DNA from: Camelus ferus
Lineage: Eukaryota
Assembly (NCBI RefSeq): GCF_009834535.1
Contig: NC_045707.1
Location: forward strand, 58,096,001 to 58,160,000
DNA length: 64,000 nucleotides
Direction: 5' to 3'
Position numbers and translations under genes: made by a program. Under the pieces are notes generated by a model. It was not told where the DNA came from and made no database searches. It was given only the letters and a program-made list of their open reading frames with translations. Positions 14,241 through 27,681 of the stretch are shown one piece after another. Numbering within the stretch: position 1 is the stretch's first letter; each line of letters begins with the position of its first letter.

Positions 14241-14250
14241 CCTTATATGG
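14241..14250. promoter_or_regulatory. Candidate CArG box (SRF site) in intron 1
   Basis: CCTTATATGG is a perfect CC(A/T)6GG in sequence with no recognisable repeat; function not shown. Confidence 0.4.
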
Positions 14251-16949
14251 TCAAGACTTAGCTTTTAGACTTTCAGTGAAATGCAAGGCACCACTCCAAA
14301 AAAAAAAAAAAGCTGGCTTTCACTTTGTCTTCAGTGCTCTCTTCTTGGCTGCCTTTAGTACCACAGTAGCTAAATTACTAAGAACCTTATGTGCATTGGG
14401 CGTCTGTCTTACTAGTTGAAGGAATTCCTTTTGTGGCAGTAGTTTTATGCTAGAATGCTAATGTTATTTTTAACAAAACATTACATGATATTGGTTATAT
14501 AATTTGACTTTTTTAAAAAAGAAACTTAAAAAGCAGTTTTGGTTTACTTTATTTCACTAAAGGAGAAGGAAAGGGATCACATCTGCATGTAGTACAATTA
14601 GAAAATACAAGTTTCATTAATGGCAGGAATTAGGGAAAGTGAAAGTCAAGTTATTAATTGCTTGGAGTCTTTCCTATCTTGAAACTCTTGCTACCTAATT
14701 AGGGGACCAGGTGAAAAAGGTGTAAACATTCAAGAGCAGCAGTGATAGCCAAAAAATGGCTGCTAAACCAGTAACTTATCTCTTCCCTGGTATCTTACTC
14801 AGCTCTAGTCATCTTTTTGCTTTGAAGAATGTGATTTTTCTGAGTGATCTGTGAGTGTCATTCTTGTATGTTTAACCGCAAGATGGTTTAATACTTTGTA
14901 GATACTAGAGTTCTTCATATCAGTTATACATTTTTCATGTAAAAAAAGGGAAGGTATTATTTCCCCTATCATAAGAAGATTGCAGAGTGTTCCGTAAGTT
15001 ACCCATTGTAGTAAGTCAAATATGACATGGAAAAATTAATTTCTCTGATAACTGTCGTCTACAGGTAACAAAGATTCAGCAACCTATTTCTGAGTCCTAC
15101 TGGTGAAGCTAAATCATACTTGTAGGTTCTGCCATTCAACATTTGGTTACTGCCTAGAGCAGTCTAGGTACTATACTGTGAACACATAATGGAGTTCTAG
15201 CCTTTAAGAACTCATAGTATAGTGGAACCACAGGCACAGGAGAGGAAAATTAATGCAGAGACAGGACATGTGGGTGGATTAATACAACATAATATTTTAT
15301 GTTTGTTAGGACAGATTTATTCACTGTGTTACAGAAAATGGAAGGAGTAAGTGATTTAACTGTAACTACCTAAACATAAGACTGGGGAAGTTATCAGAAA
15401 TAAAGGACTAAGATGGTTAAAAGAAGACTAAATTGAGGCGCAATCTATATGGTCCAGTAGTGCCTCAGTCATTACTCATGGGTACCCTCTTTCTTCATGA
15501 GAACTCCCTGACTAGTTAATTGATCAGAAGGAATTGAATTTTTATCATCAGAGTACTTTGCTTGGCAACTGGACTCAACCCCCTCCTCCCACCACCCTGC
15601 TTTTTTGTGATGTAGCCTAAGAATGTGCTTTTGTAGGGTTTTTAGCACTGGATTTTGTTTTATCTAAAGATCCTTTGTCACATCTGTCTCAGCAGAATTT
15701 TATAGCTTCTGTCTGTCTGGCAGAGATGCCTATGTGTGTCAGAGTCTTTTAGGTAGCTGGAGAACCATCCCAAAAGGCGATAATTTCACTTGTAACATAG
15801 TGAGTTAGCCTACTTTAGATAAACAATAAAAAAATTTTATAAAAATATTTCAGAAGTTTCTGGATTCCATGTAGTTATTGGTGCACAAAATCTGCTTACA
15901 AAGTTTTTCCTTAAGGGTAAAAAAAAATGTAAAATTATGAAATTAGTTCATTATTGATTTTCTATGAGAGAGACTTGGAATACGGTGCAGTTGTATACTC
16001 ATTTATCATATTACAGATACATTGTATTTACGGGACAGTGGTTTCTAGACTGCCTTCACGTGGACGTAAAAATAGATTTTGGTGATAAAAATAGATGTCA
16101 GTAGGAAAAGGGACTTGTTGAAAGTTCTGCTGTAAAGAAATCTGTTTAATCCAGTATTTCCTAAATTTAATTTTATGAAAGACCATTTATTAACCTTTTC
16201 GTTTTAGTAGCTTCATGGAAACTGTTTGGGAAATACTAAAGTAAATTTTTGTGATAAATTGCTTTCAGGAGGGCTCCATACTAACAGTTGTTCCCAGAGA
16301 CACACTGAAAATTTCAACATTTTTATTTCTATCTTATTACTTTCTCTTTTGACTAATGATCTACATTTGAAGGAGTGTCAAGACTAGAATCTGTGAAAAT
16401 AAAAGTACTAGCATCTTTTTACAACAGGAAAATGATCAAATGAAGGAATTGTGCAACAGAATATTGTACATACCCTTTTCCCTCAGTGCAAAGGAATGTA
16501 TAAAAGCTGTCTTTTTTCTTCTTGCTATTCATATGCTGTCTCTCAAAAATAAAATATTGAAAGAATAATAATTTTTATTGCTTATATTAGGATAGCTCTA
16601 GTTAGTTAGAAAGTTATTCTTTTATACCTTTTTACTCATCAAGCATGAGTACTGACACATTATCAGGGGATTATTGTTTATTCTGAAGTTGTAATTTCAG
16701 ATTGCTTGGCATGTTTAAGAAATGGAGGGTGGTTCAGTAGATTAGAACTTTGAATTTGTGAAAATAGATAGGTCTAAATTTAGGTGTCAGCTTAAAGGAC
16801 TAACTGATGACATTTAAGAGGAGTTGAAATACAGGAGAAAAAACAGATTAGAGATTAAGTAGAGAAGGGAACATGATGTTTGGATACACAAATTGAAGCA
16901 GTGAAAACTGATGTAAATACCTTCTGCTTGCATCAAGCATTCAGCAGTT

Positions 16950-17470
16950 TAGCTGTTACCTATCTCTGCATAACAGATTACCCTTACGTTTAAAATACCG
17001 AACATTTGTTATCTCAGTTTTTCTATGATTAAGGAATTTGGATGTAGTAGTTTAGCTAGGTACTTCCATTGACTTCAAGCTGTTAGTCTGTACTTCATCT
17101 CCTCTGAAGGCTTAACTTGGGATGGGGGAGGGGGAGAGATCCACTTCAAAGCTCAGTCCTGTGAGTATTGGCAGGTCTTGCTTCCTCGCCACTTGGGCCT
17201 CTTAACAAGACTGCCTCTTGACACTGTGGTTGAGTCTCTCCCAGGTTGTGAGCATTCCAGCAGAGAGCAAGAGAAAGTTCATGCCAAGATGGAAGCTACA
17301 GTCTTTTAATAACCTAATCTCAAGAGTGACATCCCATCACTTCTACCTTATTTAGTTTGTTAGAAGCAAGACACATGGTACATGGTCCATCCCACACTCA
17401 AGAGGAGGATTTCACAAGGGTGTGATCTACTATGACACAGGGATCATTGCTATCTTAGAAGCTACTACTA
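16950..17470 (-). mobile_element. MLT1F/G-like solo LTR
   Basis: ctgcataacagattaccc; ccaagatggaagctacagtcttt..aacctaatctcaagagtgacatcccatcacttct. Confidence 0.75.
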
Positions 17471-18784
17471 AAAGCAACAAAATAATTTTTATGATGTTTT
17501 ACATCCCTCAGTTTATATTAATATAAATACTTAACAGTTGGTTTATATTTACATTTGCTCACTAGGAACTGTTTATTTCTCCTTTTCTTACTGTTCAACA
17601 AAATACTTAAAAATCAATTATATATTTCCTTTTTTTTTTTCTCCTGCTCTCCACTTGAGTGTTTGGTGCTCCTCTTTGTGACTTGAAAGTATTAACTCCT
17701 GCTTCTTCTACAGTCTTCCATGAATGGTCCCAGAAATGCAGAGTAGCTTGGTAGTCTAAAATGGAAAATAGTATTTGGTTAAAATAACCAAATAAGATTT
17801 TTTTCCCTCAGGACCCAGACTCATATTCTTAACTTACTCATTTTCACTCTTTTCTCCCCTAATCTCATTTGGTTAGCTGTTTTATTATTTCTACTTTGCA
17901 AGAATTCATAGTAGTTACATTATTTTTGGTTTACTTGTTATGACTTTTGACTCCTCTGTCTTTATTTCTTAATTTATTTTAATTGGCTAGATTTATTGTT
18001 AAATAGTTTATCATCTGACCTTCTGATCTCATGCTGTATTCAGTACATTGGTAAGTAGAACCAGAGTATGGGGCGTTCCCTTTAGCTTGTCAAGTTGCAT
18101 TTTCTTCTCCACTGCTTTCTCTACCTGGATTTTTGCATACTTTCAGACTTTTTTTTTCTTCCCCTTTATTTTGTTTCCCCTTTCTTAAATACTCATAGCC
18201 CTCCAGGTTTGACATAGGCTTTTCTGATCACGTTTTACATATGCTGTTTGTGCCTTGCTGTATATTTCTCTAGCTTTGGTTACCAAGGATATCAGTGGTT
18301 TTCAGTCTAGGGTGTTTTTACAGTTTAGATAGGGAACCTCTTTAAAGTGGAAATTCTTGAGCACCATTCTCAGAGATTCTGATTTCTCCTCTCTTTCTCC
18401 CAAATCTGGGTTAAGTGGTCTAGTCCATAGCATTTATCATAGCTCTTGTTATTGTTTGTTTAGTTATCTTTCTTGCTTGCTGGACTCTATAAGTTTTATA
18501 AGTATAGAAATCTGGTCTGTGTCCACCAGTGTGTTCCTAGCAGCTCACATGGTGTCTGGCTGTAGTTGGCATTTAATAAATATTCATCGAAGAGTCTGTG
18601 CTCTTTACTGGCCACATATTTTGCTGAACACTGAAGAAGTTCATCAGGAAACAATTAGATAGCTAACAACCATATGAATTTTTTGTTTTGTTTTTGAAAA
18701 CCAGAAGAATTTTATGTCCTTACTATAAATTCTGGAAAATAACTCAATGATTTTGACTTCTGTTAATTAACATTTTGGCATATA

Positions 18785-19289
18785 CAGGTGTACCTTGGAG
18801 ATATTGTAGGTTTGGTTCTAGACCACCGTAGTAAATAATCAAAATATAGCAAGTCACACAAATTTTTTGGTTTACTAGTGCATATAAAAGTTGTATTTAC
18901 ACTATACTGTAGTCTATTAAGTGTGAAATAGCATTATGCTTACAATAATTATACATAGTTTAAAAAATACTTTACTGCTAAAAAATGCTAACCATCATCT
19001 GAGCCTTCAGCAAGTCATAATCTTTTTGCAGTATTAACGTCAAAGATCACTGATCACAGATCATCTTAACAAATATGATAATAATGAAAAATTTTGAAAA
19101 TTTATGCAAAATACCAAAATGTGGCACAGAATCACAAAGTGAGGAGGATGAAAAATGGCCTTGATAGACTTGCTTGATATAGGGTTGCCACAGACCTTCA
19201 GTTTGTAAAAAATGCAGTGTCTGCAGTATAAAAAATGCAATATCTGTGAAGCACAATGAAGTAAAGCACGGTAAAACAAGGTATGCCTG
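18785..19289 (-). mobile_element. Internally deleted Tigger1 derivative (505 bp) with both TIRs
   Basis: TA|caggtgtacctt ... aaggtatgcctg|TA; both ends match recalled Tigger1 termini, TA target duplication. Confidence 0.88.
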
Positions 19290-20403
19290 TATTCTTCCAG
19301 ACTCTTGTTAAGGAATATCAGTGGTGAGAATTGAATCATATCATATGTACGCTTTTGTAACCTGTTGTTATTTTTAGTTTAATTGAATCAGATAGTACGT
19401 AGAAGCTTTTATTTCTTCCCCTGAAACTGAATTATTTTCTTAGTGTATATCCATCAATTAATCCCCTCTAGGTCAGTGTGTGACCATGTCTGATAAAAGA
19501 ATTCAACAAGGAAAACAGCTACCTGTTAACTACCTTTCTATCTCCACAGCTCAGACAGTAATGAAACCTGGCAAGAGATTTATTTTCTATGAAAAGGTTT
19601 CTTTGACTCATCTCTGCTCACATAGTGGCTTTTCCTTTATTAATGCTGTGTGGCTTTTAAATTGCATAGTATTTTTCTTCTTTATCTGCTTATTTTCATA
19701 ATTAGATTATAAGCATCCTGAGGACAGTTCTGTAACATACTCATTAAGAAAAATTTATTGAGTAGCACTGTTACGTATTGTGGGGTATATAAGGCAGATT
19801 CTGTTCCTAAGTGACCATAATCCAGTTGTGAGAAAAGGCTGGAACACATGAAACAACAGTAAAGGCAGCATGTCTCACACAGTACTTTGTACAGTTTTAT
19901 GTACACATATACACACTAGGTCTTGAATCCTGCTCATTAACAAGAAGTTAGCATTTTATTTTGGTTCATTCTACATATATTTATTATGTACTTGCTGTAT
20001 GCCAGGCACTGTACCTCAAGGAAACAAAAAGAATATACTCTTTAGTTCTGAGCCTTCACCAAAGTGGATGGTTCAATGCTTTATACATGGTAGGCAATCA
20101 ATAAAAATTACTCATCAGAGAATGATCCTGGAGTTTAATTTCTTCTATCCCTAAGGATTCTAAACTCTAGAAGTAATACTCTTCTCTTACTAAGTTTCCA
20201 AAAAATATTTGGCCTCCAGAGATATAGATTTAACTTACTACTTTATATATCTTTGTCAGTAAAGAAGATACCAGCTGTGTAATGAGTAGATATAGCGCAT
20301 GTTTTAATCTTTGAATAATTGTGGTTTCCAGTTTTTGGCATTCTCATTCAAATACTTAGTATGTATTGGGTTAAGTATGAATATTTAAGCAGTACATAGA
20401 TTA

Positions 20404-20764
20404 TATTCAGCCCTCTTCCATATTCAAAGATTCAGCCAACCAAGGATTGAAAATATTCCCACTCCCCCCCATTCCAGAAAGTTCCAAAATGTTGAAGTTG
20501 TGGCATACTGGCAACTATTTACATAGCATTTACATTGCACTTAAGACTATTAATGTAGCATTTACATTTGTTATAGGTATGATAAGTAATCTAGAGATAA
20601 TTTAAGTTTACATACATAGGTTTACATACATAAGTTTACATACATGTACATAGGTTATGACACATACTACCCCATTTTATATAAGGGACTTGAGCATCCA
20701 CAGATTTTGATATTTGTGGGGGGGATCCTGGAACCAGTCCCTCATGGATACCAATTGATGACTG
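20404..20764 (-). mobile_element. MER2-family Tigger MITE
   Basis: ccattttatataagggacttgagcatccacagattttg..tcctggaaccagtccc..gatgactg|TA; internal approx. 14-bp triplication gtttacatacatag. Confidence 0.85.
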
Positions 20765-21394
20765 TACTTTTCTCCTAGAAACTTTCTTTTTTGGGGGAGG
20801 GGATGGTTCAAAAATGGTTTTTTAGTTTTTTTTAATAGTCTCTTTGCCTTGTCCAGTTCATTTAATCCACAAATATATATTGAATCTTCTCCTTGTCAGA
20901 CATCGTGTCTCTTATGGTTCTCTCTAGGATGCTATATATACGTAAGTCTATATTTTTCTTAATATGAATGAAGAATTTCCCATGCTCTGTCTGTTGTGTA
21001 TAATCTATGTTTTGAATATATTTTTCTAATCATTTAATCTTTTCAATGTGTGATTTATTATAATACCAGATTTTAATTTTTATGTCTAGATTTCCTGTCT
21101 GCTTATATTATAAGAGAGCAGAAAGGCCAAAAAAAAAGTCTAAACTTACATGCAATGCTGAACTTGTTACTTGTTTTTGTAATTAAATTTAATAGATGAT
21201 CTAAGATTATACATGCTCATATATTTGCCCGTCTCAGTACAAGACTAAGGTATTTATTATTTAGTATAGAAGTACTGACTGGAGTTCATTGTTTTTCTTG
21301 TATAAACATTTATAATTCCTCCTTTGATATGTCCAAATTCAGTTTTTGCATGCTAAATTTTATTATTTAGCATATGGATTATATATTGACATAA

Positions 21395-21630
21395 ATATAA
21401 TAGCACCCACTATTTGACACGTACAAGTCTAAGTGCTTTATATATTAATTCATTTAATCTTCATAGTAAATTTTTGAGGTAGGTACTATTATTATCCTCA
21501 TTTTCCAGAGGAAACTGTAGCACAGAGGATGTTACATAATTGACCTAATGACAACCAGCGTACTGGCAGAACTGGATTAATCCCAGACAGTCTGGCTCTA
21601 GAGTCTGTACTTTTAACAAAACCACTTTCA
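21395..21630 (-). mobile_element. MIR SINE
   Basis: aattcatttaatcttca..gaggtaggtactattattatcctcatttt..gaggaaactg..cccagacagtctggctctagag. Confidence 0.85.
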
Positions 21631-24367
21631 TGAAAAGGAATATAAAAGTGCTAGAATTTGTTTCAAATGCTACTAATTTTGTAATTTTGGTTTTACTTAA
21701 TTGAATTACGTAGTTGCTGAACACGTTTGTTTTTATCTCTTCTAGGAATGAAATTTAATGATTTTTCAACCTCCACATGCCCCACCCAAAATCTGTCTTT
21801 AAGCCATGGAGTTTATCTTCTTGGAGCCAACTTTGTGCAGCCCCTTTATAATTCAGTTCTTTGTTATTGGACTTTTCAACTTTTCGCTTAGAAGTGTGAG
21901 GAACAAAGGTTTTCCTTGAGCTAACTTGCTGAGAAAAATAACTAGACCTCCTTTTCAATAAAAAGAGATGTTTTATATACTTGAACTGGTTTGTTGAATT
22001 AGGTTATAGCTCAAATTGACAAAGCTGCCCTTACCTGGAATTAAATGACAGAAGTGTCTTTACACAAGCATTTATTATTGGTAATTACTCAGGATATATA
22101 ATCAAGAAAAGCTTGAGATAAACCATATCAGATAAGATTCTGAAAGTATATTTGAGTCATTCTGTTTCTTTCCATATATGGCTTAATAAACTGACCATAT
22201 TTAGTCAAATATTTAAAGTCAGCAAGTGTTGTATCTCTTATGTGCTACATGTGTTAGCTTTTAATTCTCTTAGCAACAATATTTTTATGGGCTTGGCTGT
22301 CAGTTTCTTCTGTATGCTTTGTAAATGTCCAATGAATACTTTGAGCAATTTACACCACAAACTTGAGATGCATTTGTAATATATATTTTATGACAATTTT
22401 TTAGCATTCAATTTATATTAAAACATTTCAAAACCTTATTATATTTATGAACAAATAAAGGAATGAACAGATTTAATATTAACTGCTTTAGATATTTTGG
22501 TTGATGTTTCTTACATTATACTGGCTTAAAACTAAAGATTTAAATCAAAATCAGCAATGTTTCATTTATTGGGAAATAACTATTCCTATATGTTAATTTT
22601 TTCAAAGAGCCAGAGCAGTCACCTTCTTAAAATGGAGAAACTTTAAAAAATTAACCAGTTTATTCTGAGACCGTTTTATCTTGAATGTCAAAGAATTACC
22701 CGTAAGATCACAAATAAGACTCTGTTCTGCATCTTGCCTACCTTTATCCTCCCCGAATGTGACTGCATCTTCATACACCATGAAGTGCTTGTCACTTGTT
22801 TGTACATTAAGCCTGAGTAGGGTGTAGAGTCCCCTCCAGGAAATACTCCCTGACTACCACCATTCTTCCTTAGTTCTCCTTTTCTTAGCTTCCACAATGA
22901 GCAGTGTAGAGCACTGTAACTCTATTTATCATATTCCTTTTGATATCATTATCTACTTGTGTATTTATCTTCTGTACTCTATTGTGACCTTCCTCAGAAC
23001 CCTCTCTTTAGCTGACTGAATAAAATACTATAAATGTCTTTGTCTTCCAAGAAGAATATACTGATCATAATTTAATCTTAACCTTTCTTTTACTGTTTTC
23101 ATAGAAATCACTTCTCTAGCATTCTCTCTGTGAGTGATTTCAGGTCCCCTTATTTTAATTATTACCTTAATGCAGATAATTCCCAAATTGATATTTTCAT
23201 CCCACATTTGTTTTCAAAGCTTTAGATCAGCATATCCAGTTGGCCACTGGATGATGTGCATGGTTAGGTTGGTTTCTTCTCCCACCTGCTTTTCGAACCT
23301 GTGGTATTTATTTTCATGAACAGCATCTCCCTGTACCTCACCCTTCATACCCAGTCTTTAGTTAAGCCTTAGACACTTTCTCCTAAATTTCTCTTACTAT
23401 CCATTCTGAGTAACTGCTATTGCTCAGTTCAGGCTCTTTCCTCTTCACTCTGCTTCCAGTAATCTTTCTGAAATACTGATCTGATCATGTCACCTCTCTG
23501 CTTTATAAACTCTGAAGAGCTTTTTCAAACATCATCTTCTTGAAATTCTACATTGTTTTCTCCTACTCCCTCCTACTGCTGAATTGAACCACTATTACTG
23601 ATGGGAGTGTAGCAGGTTTCCTTAATGAGTAGGAGTAGAAAGTAGGTTGAAAACCACCTATAATATCAAATCCAGTCATCTGTGCATTATGTTCAGATCT
23701 TTTACCTGCCGTATATTCAGACTTTTTACCACCCAGCCTTATTCTGTTCTATAACTTACAGGTACTGTAATACCACTGGATGACTTACTGTTTGGTTACT
23801 CCATACATTTAAAAAATCGTAGTGCATTTGCTCAAACTAGAAGTTCCTTCTAGTTGAATTGCTAATTGAACAACTCCTATGTAATCTTCAAAACCTTGCT
23901 CAAATGTATATTCCTTAATGAGACCTAAATGAACTGTCTTAATCACAAGATCTCTTTATGTTCCCAGAAATATTTTAGTACTTTCCACCCACTGCTATTA
24001 TGCCCTTATATAATCATTGTTGTTTTATGGATTAGCCTCTTATATTAACATGATCTTTCCCCTTTCCTGTGTTCCTAGGGCCTTGGCATATATAAATATG
24101 AAGAGTAGCTAAAGGAATTAAGGATTATTTAGCCTATAAAAGAATATGTGAGACTCCTTGGGAGAAAAAAAGAAAAAATCCTCATAATACTGAAAGATTA
24201 CCAGTTGAAAGAGAGATTCCACTTGGTATGTGGAGCTTCAGGAGGCAGGAGGTAGTAATTACAGGAAGACATTTTAGCATATACAGTTTAGAGAAAGATG
24301 AGTAAAGTGTTTTATACTGGAGGTAATATGTACTAGGCTTTCAATACATGGTAGCCTGTTATTTTTC

Positions 24368-24850
24368 CTTTTTAAATTGAGGTATAATTTACATACAATA
24401 AAGTACACAGCATACAATTCAATGAATTTTTACATATACATATGCCTATTTAAAAATCAGAAAGCTAGAGAAGATTTCCAGTCTTTCAGAAAGCTCCCTC
24501 ATGCTCCTCCCATCATTTCCCTACAAATTTAACCATGATTCTGAGCTTTATAACCAAAGGTTAGTTTTACCTGGAAGTTTACAGTTTGTATCCTTTGTGT
24601 CTGCCTTTTTTCACTCACTTATATGTCTGGGAGGATTATCCTGTTGTTTAAGGTAGCAGTAGTTCGGTTTTTTGTTTGTTTGTTTGTGCTTTTTTCATTG
24701 ATATACAGGATTCTGTTACGTGAATAGATTCTCCCCACATACACATACATTCCACCCCATTTATTTATCAATACTGCATATAACTTTAGTAGATACTGTC
24801 AAATGGTTTTCTGAAGAAGTTATATGAATTTTACACTTTTGTTACAAGCG
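24368..24850 (-). mobile_element. L1ME-type 3' end
   Basis: ttttaaattgaggtataatttacatacaataaagtacaca. Confidence 0.75.
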
Positions 24851-26403
24851 ATTTTGTTTCTCCATATTGTAATACAACAGATTTAATATTTTTCATTCAA
24901 GTCTTATGTTTTCTTTTTATGTAAACACTGCCTATTCATTGTAAACATTTTAAAAATAAAGGAAATTTTAAAGAATAAAAATTATTCATAGTCTTATAAC
25001 CAATGACAATAACTATTAACCTTTAGTAGATATCCTTCTGGTCTTTTTGTGTACATCTTTTTTAGTAAAATTGAAATTATATTAGGCAAACTTCTTTGCA
25101 TCCTTTTTCAAAAACTTACTATGGTATGAGCATTTCCCATATCCCTTTATAATCATTTCTTATTTGACATTTTTCTCCATTTTTAAAAAATAATGATCAT
25201 ATTTGTATTAAAAGATTTATCACTTATATTTTTATATTGATGATAAAGATCAGAATACTGTTTTGGTGCCTATTGGAATTAAAAGAGATTGAGAACGAAG
25301 GAGAATAGAATTTAAACAATATCTTTTCTCAAGGAAAATTAATGATTAAACTTCTAAATAGGTCTAATATTATTTCGAGTCACTGTGTGTCATTAGCTAT
25401 CTCAAATAACATTTTATAAACCACTTCCTAATCAGTAGAATTTTGTTGTTTCTTCTCATGTTATTAGATTGCTATGGTTCTTCAATCTCTTTTACCCTTT
25501 CTTTAACCACTGCTTCTTGAAAAACAGTTCTTTTCCCAAGTAGTATATACTTAAAGTTTATATGAATGTTACTTATATGTTCATTTACCATCTGCTGTGT
25601 GTAAAGTACTGTTCTGGACACTTTGGAATCTTGCCATCAGATTGCTTATAGCTTGTTCCAAAGGGAAGAATCATGGATATATAAAAATGTTAAACATTTT
25701 AGGGAATTTTAGAGGTACATGACCCACCACTTGAAAGATAAAGACACCAAAGCCCAAAAAGGTTAAGTTACTTGTCCACAACTACAGCATTTGTATCAGA
25801 GCCAGCATAGAATGTGCAGCCAAAGCAGTGATTCCTTGTGAGTGTTCTTCCACCTTAGATATGAAGTACTTTGTCCTTAGTGCTTTTCTTGACACCAACT
25901 TTTGTCATTTTTCCCCCTAGGAAAATGCTACCAAAAGCATTTCCATTTGCTTCTCTGATAGGTAAAGAAAATTTGTTTTATTTATACAACAAACACTTAT
26001 TAAGTACCTAGAATGTATGCATACCCTATTGCAGAGACTGCAAATAGATGACAAAGAGTTGATGAAATAGGAACATCTGTGGAAATGGTATTAAGTGTGG
26101 AAAGAACTTATTTTTGGAATCTGAATATCTGTGATAGAATCTTAGCTCTCATTTCCTGTCTCTGGCTTATTCAAGCTAATTATTAATCTCTGAATCTTAG
26201 CTTTCTTGTTCACTTACTCATTTATTGAAATTCTACCACATTTAAAGACCTGTATAGGGTGCTGGGGAGACAGGAAAATTCCCATCCTTATGAGGGAATT
26301 TGTGAGGATAACAGTATACAAATCAGTAAAATAGATAAAGCACCAATCATACTACCTGGCACAAAGTAAGCATTCAGAAAGTTCTCTTCTTATGTACTGT
26401 AGG

Positions 26404-27232
26404 CTGCAATTCTCAAATTTGTTCACCTCAGGACCCCTTTATACTCTTAAAACTTAAGAAGGATCTCAAAGAGCTTTTGTTTCTGTGGGTTGTACATGTT
26501 AATATTTATAATAGCAGAGGTTAAAACAGAGCACCTTACATATTTATTAATTCATTTTTAAATTAAAGCAACACTTTACCCATGTTAAATAAATAACATT
26601 TCTTAATTAAATAATTCATTTACTCTTGAAAGCTTGAGTTTATCATTAGCAGCAGATACTGTTAGCTGTTTTGACAGACTGACTTTTGTTCATTTTCAAG
26701 AAAATTTCTTTCAGAATCCAAGTTAGACTAACTATAGTTTGTCATTTAAGTAAAAATGATATTGCATGGGAAAAGTGACTAGGTCAGCCTGCAAATAAAT
26801 CGCACAGATGCTTTTCTTCAGGGCAGTCATTATACTTGGAAGAAATGCTTTATGTATACTTCTTGTTTTGTTCCACAGAATATTTAAAAGATGTATATTC
26901 AAGAGTCAAAATTTAATAAAATTTATAGTTTGTACTGCATTGTCACGGACATTCATAAGTAAAGGTAGCTTTTAAAAAAGTGCAAATGCATAGTGATGAA
27001 TACAGTGACAGTTGGGGGGAGGTTATTTGTTTGTTTTTGCCACTGCCTTGATTTGTGCTAAGGCACAAGCAGATTTACTACATTACTAATGCTTTTGTAC
27101 CCTCAAGTGCACATGTCAACACAGTGAAAAGGGGAAGTATCATCTTAGTATTATTTTAAAATAGTTTTGACCTTGTCAGTTCCCTGAAAGGGTTCCTTCT
27201 CCCTGGACATAACCGCATTTTGGGAACCACTG
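26404..27232 (-). mobile_element. Charlie1a-like hAT transposon relic ending approx. 320 bp before exon 2
   Basis: Termini ctgcaattctcaaa / tttgggaaccactg; gccactgccttgatttgtgctaagg; ttagtattattttaaaatagttttgacct. Confidence 0.8.
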
Positions 27233-27549
27233 CTACAGAGGTTATTATTAGGTCTTAATTATAATGTTTTGATTCTTTTCATGTTAGTACATACTTGTTT
27301 TTCTCATGGAGTTGGCATAAAAATTCTGGTCACATACAGTATTATTATATGTGTATCTAAAGCAAGGTCTCTTGCAATTTAATTAGTACCACTGGCCTGT
27401 TTGATAGTAGTTCAATCAGAATAGCTGCAGACTACCTTATAGAGAATATTTGTTATAAAAGCTGCAAAATAGGGGTTTTATTCTATTGCTGTATTATTGG
27501 GAGTATTGATTCATATTTTTTCTAATTATGCTTTCTGTTTTGTTTTTAG

Positions 27550-27681
<132 letters not shown>

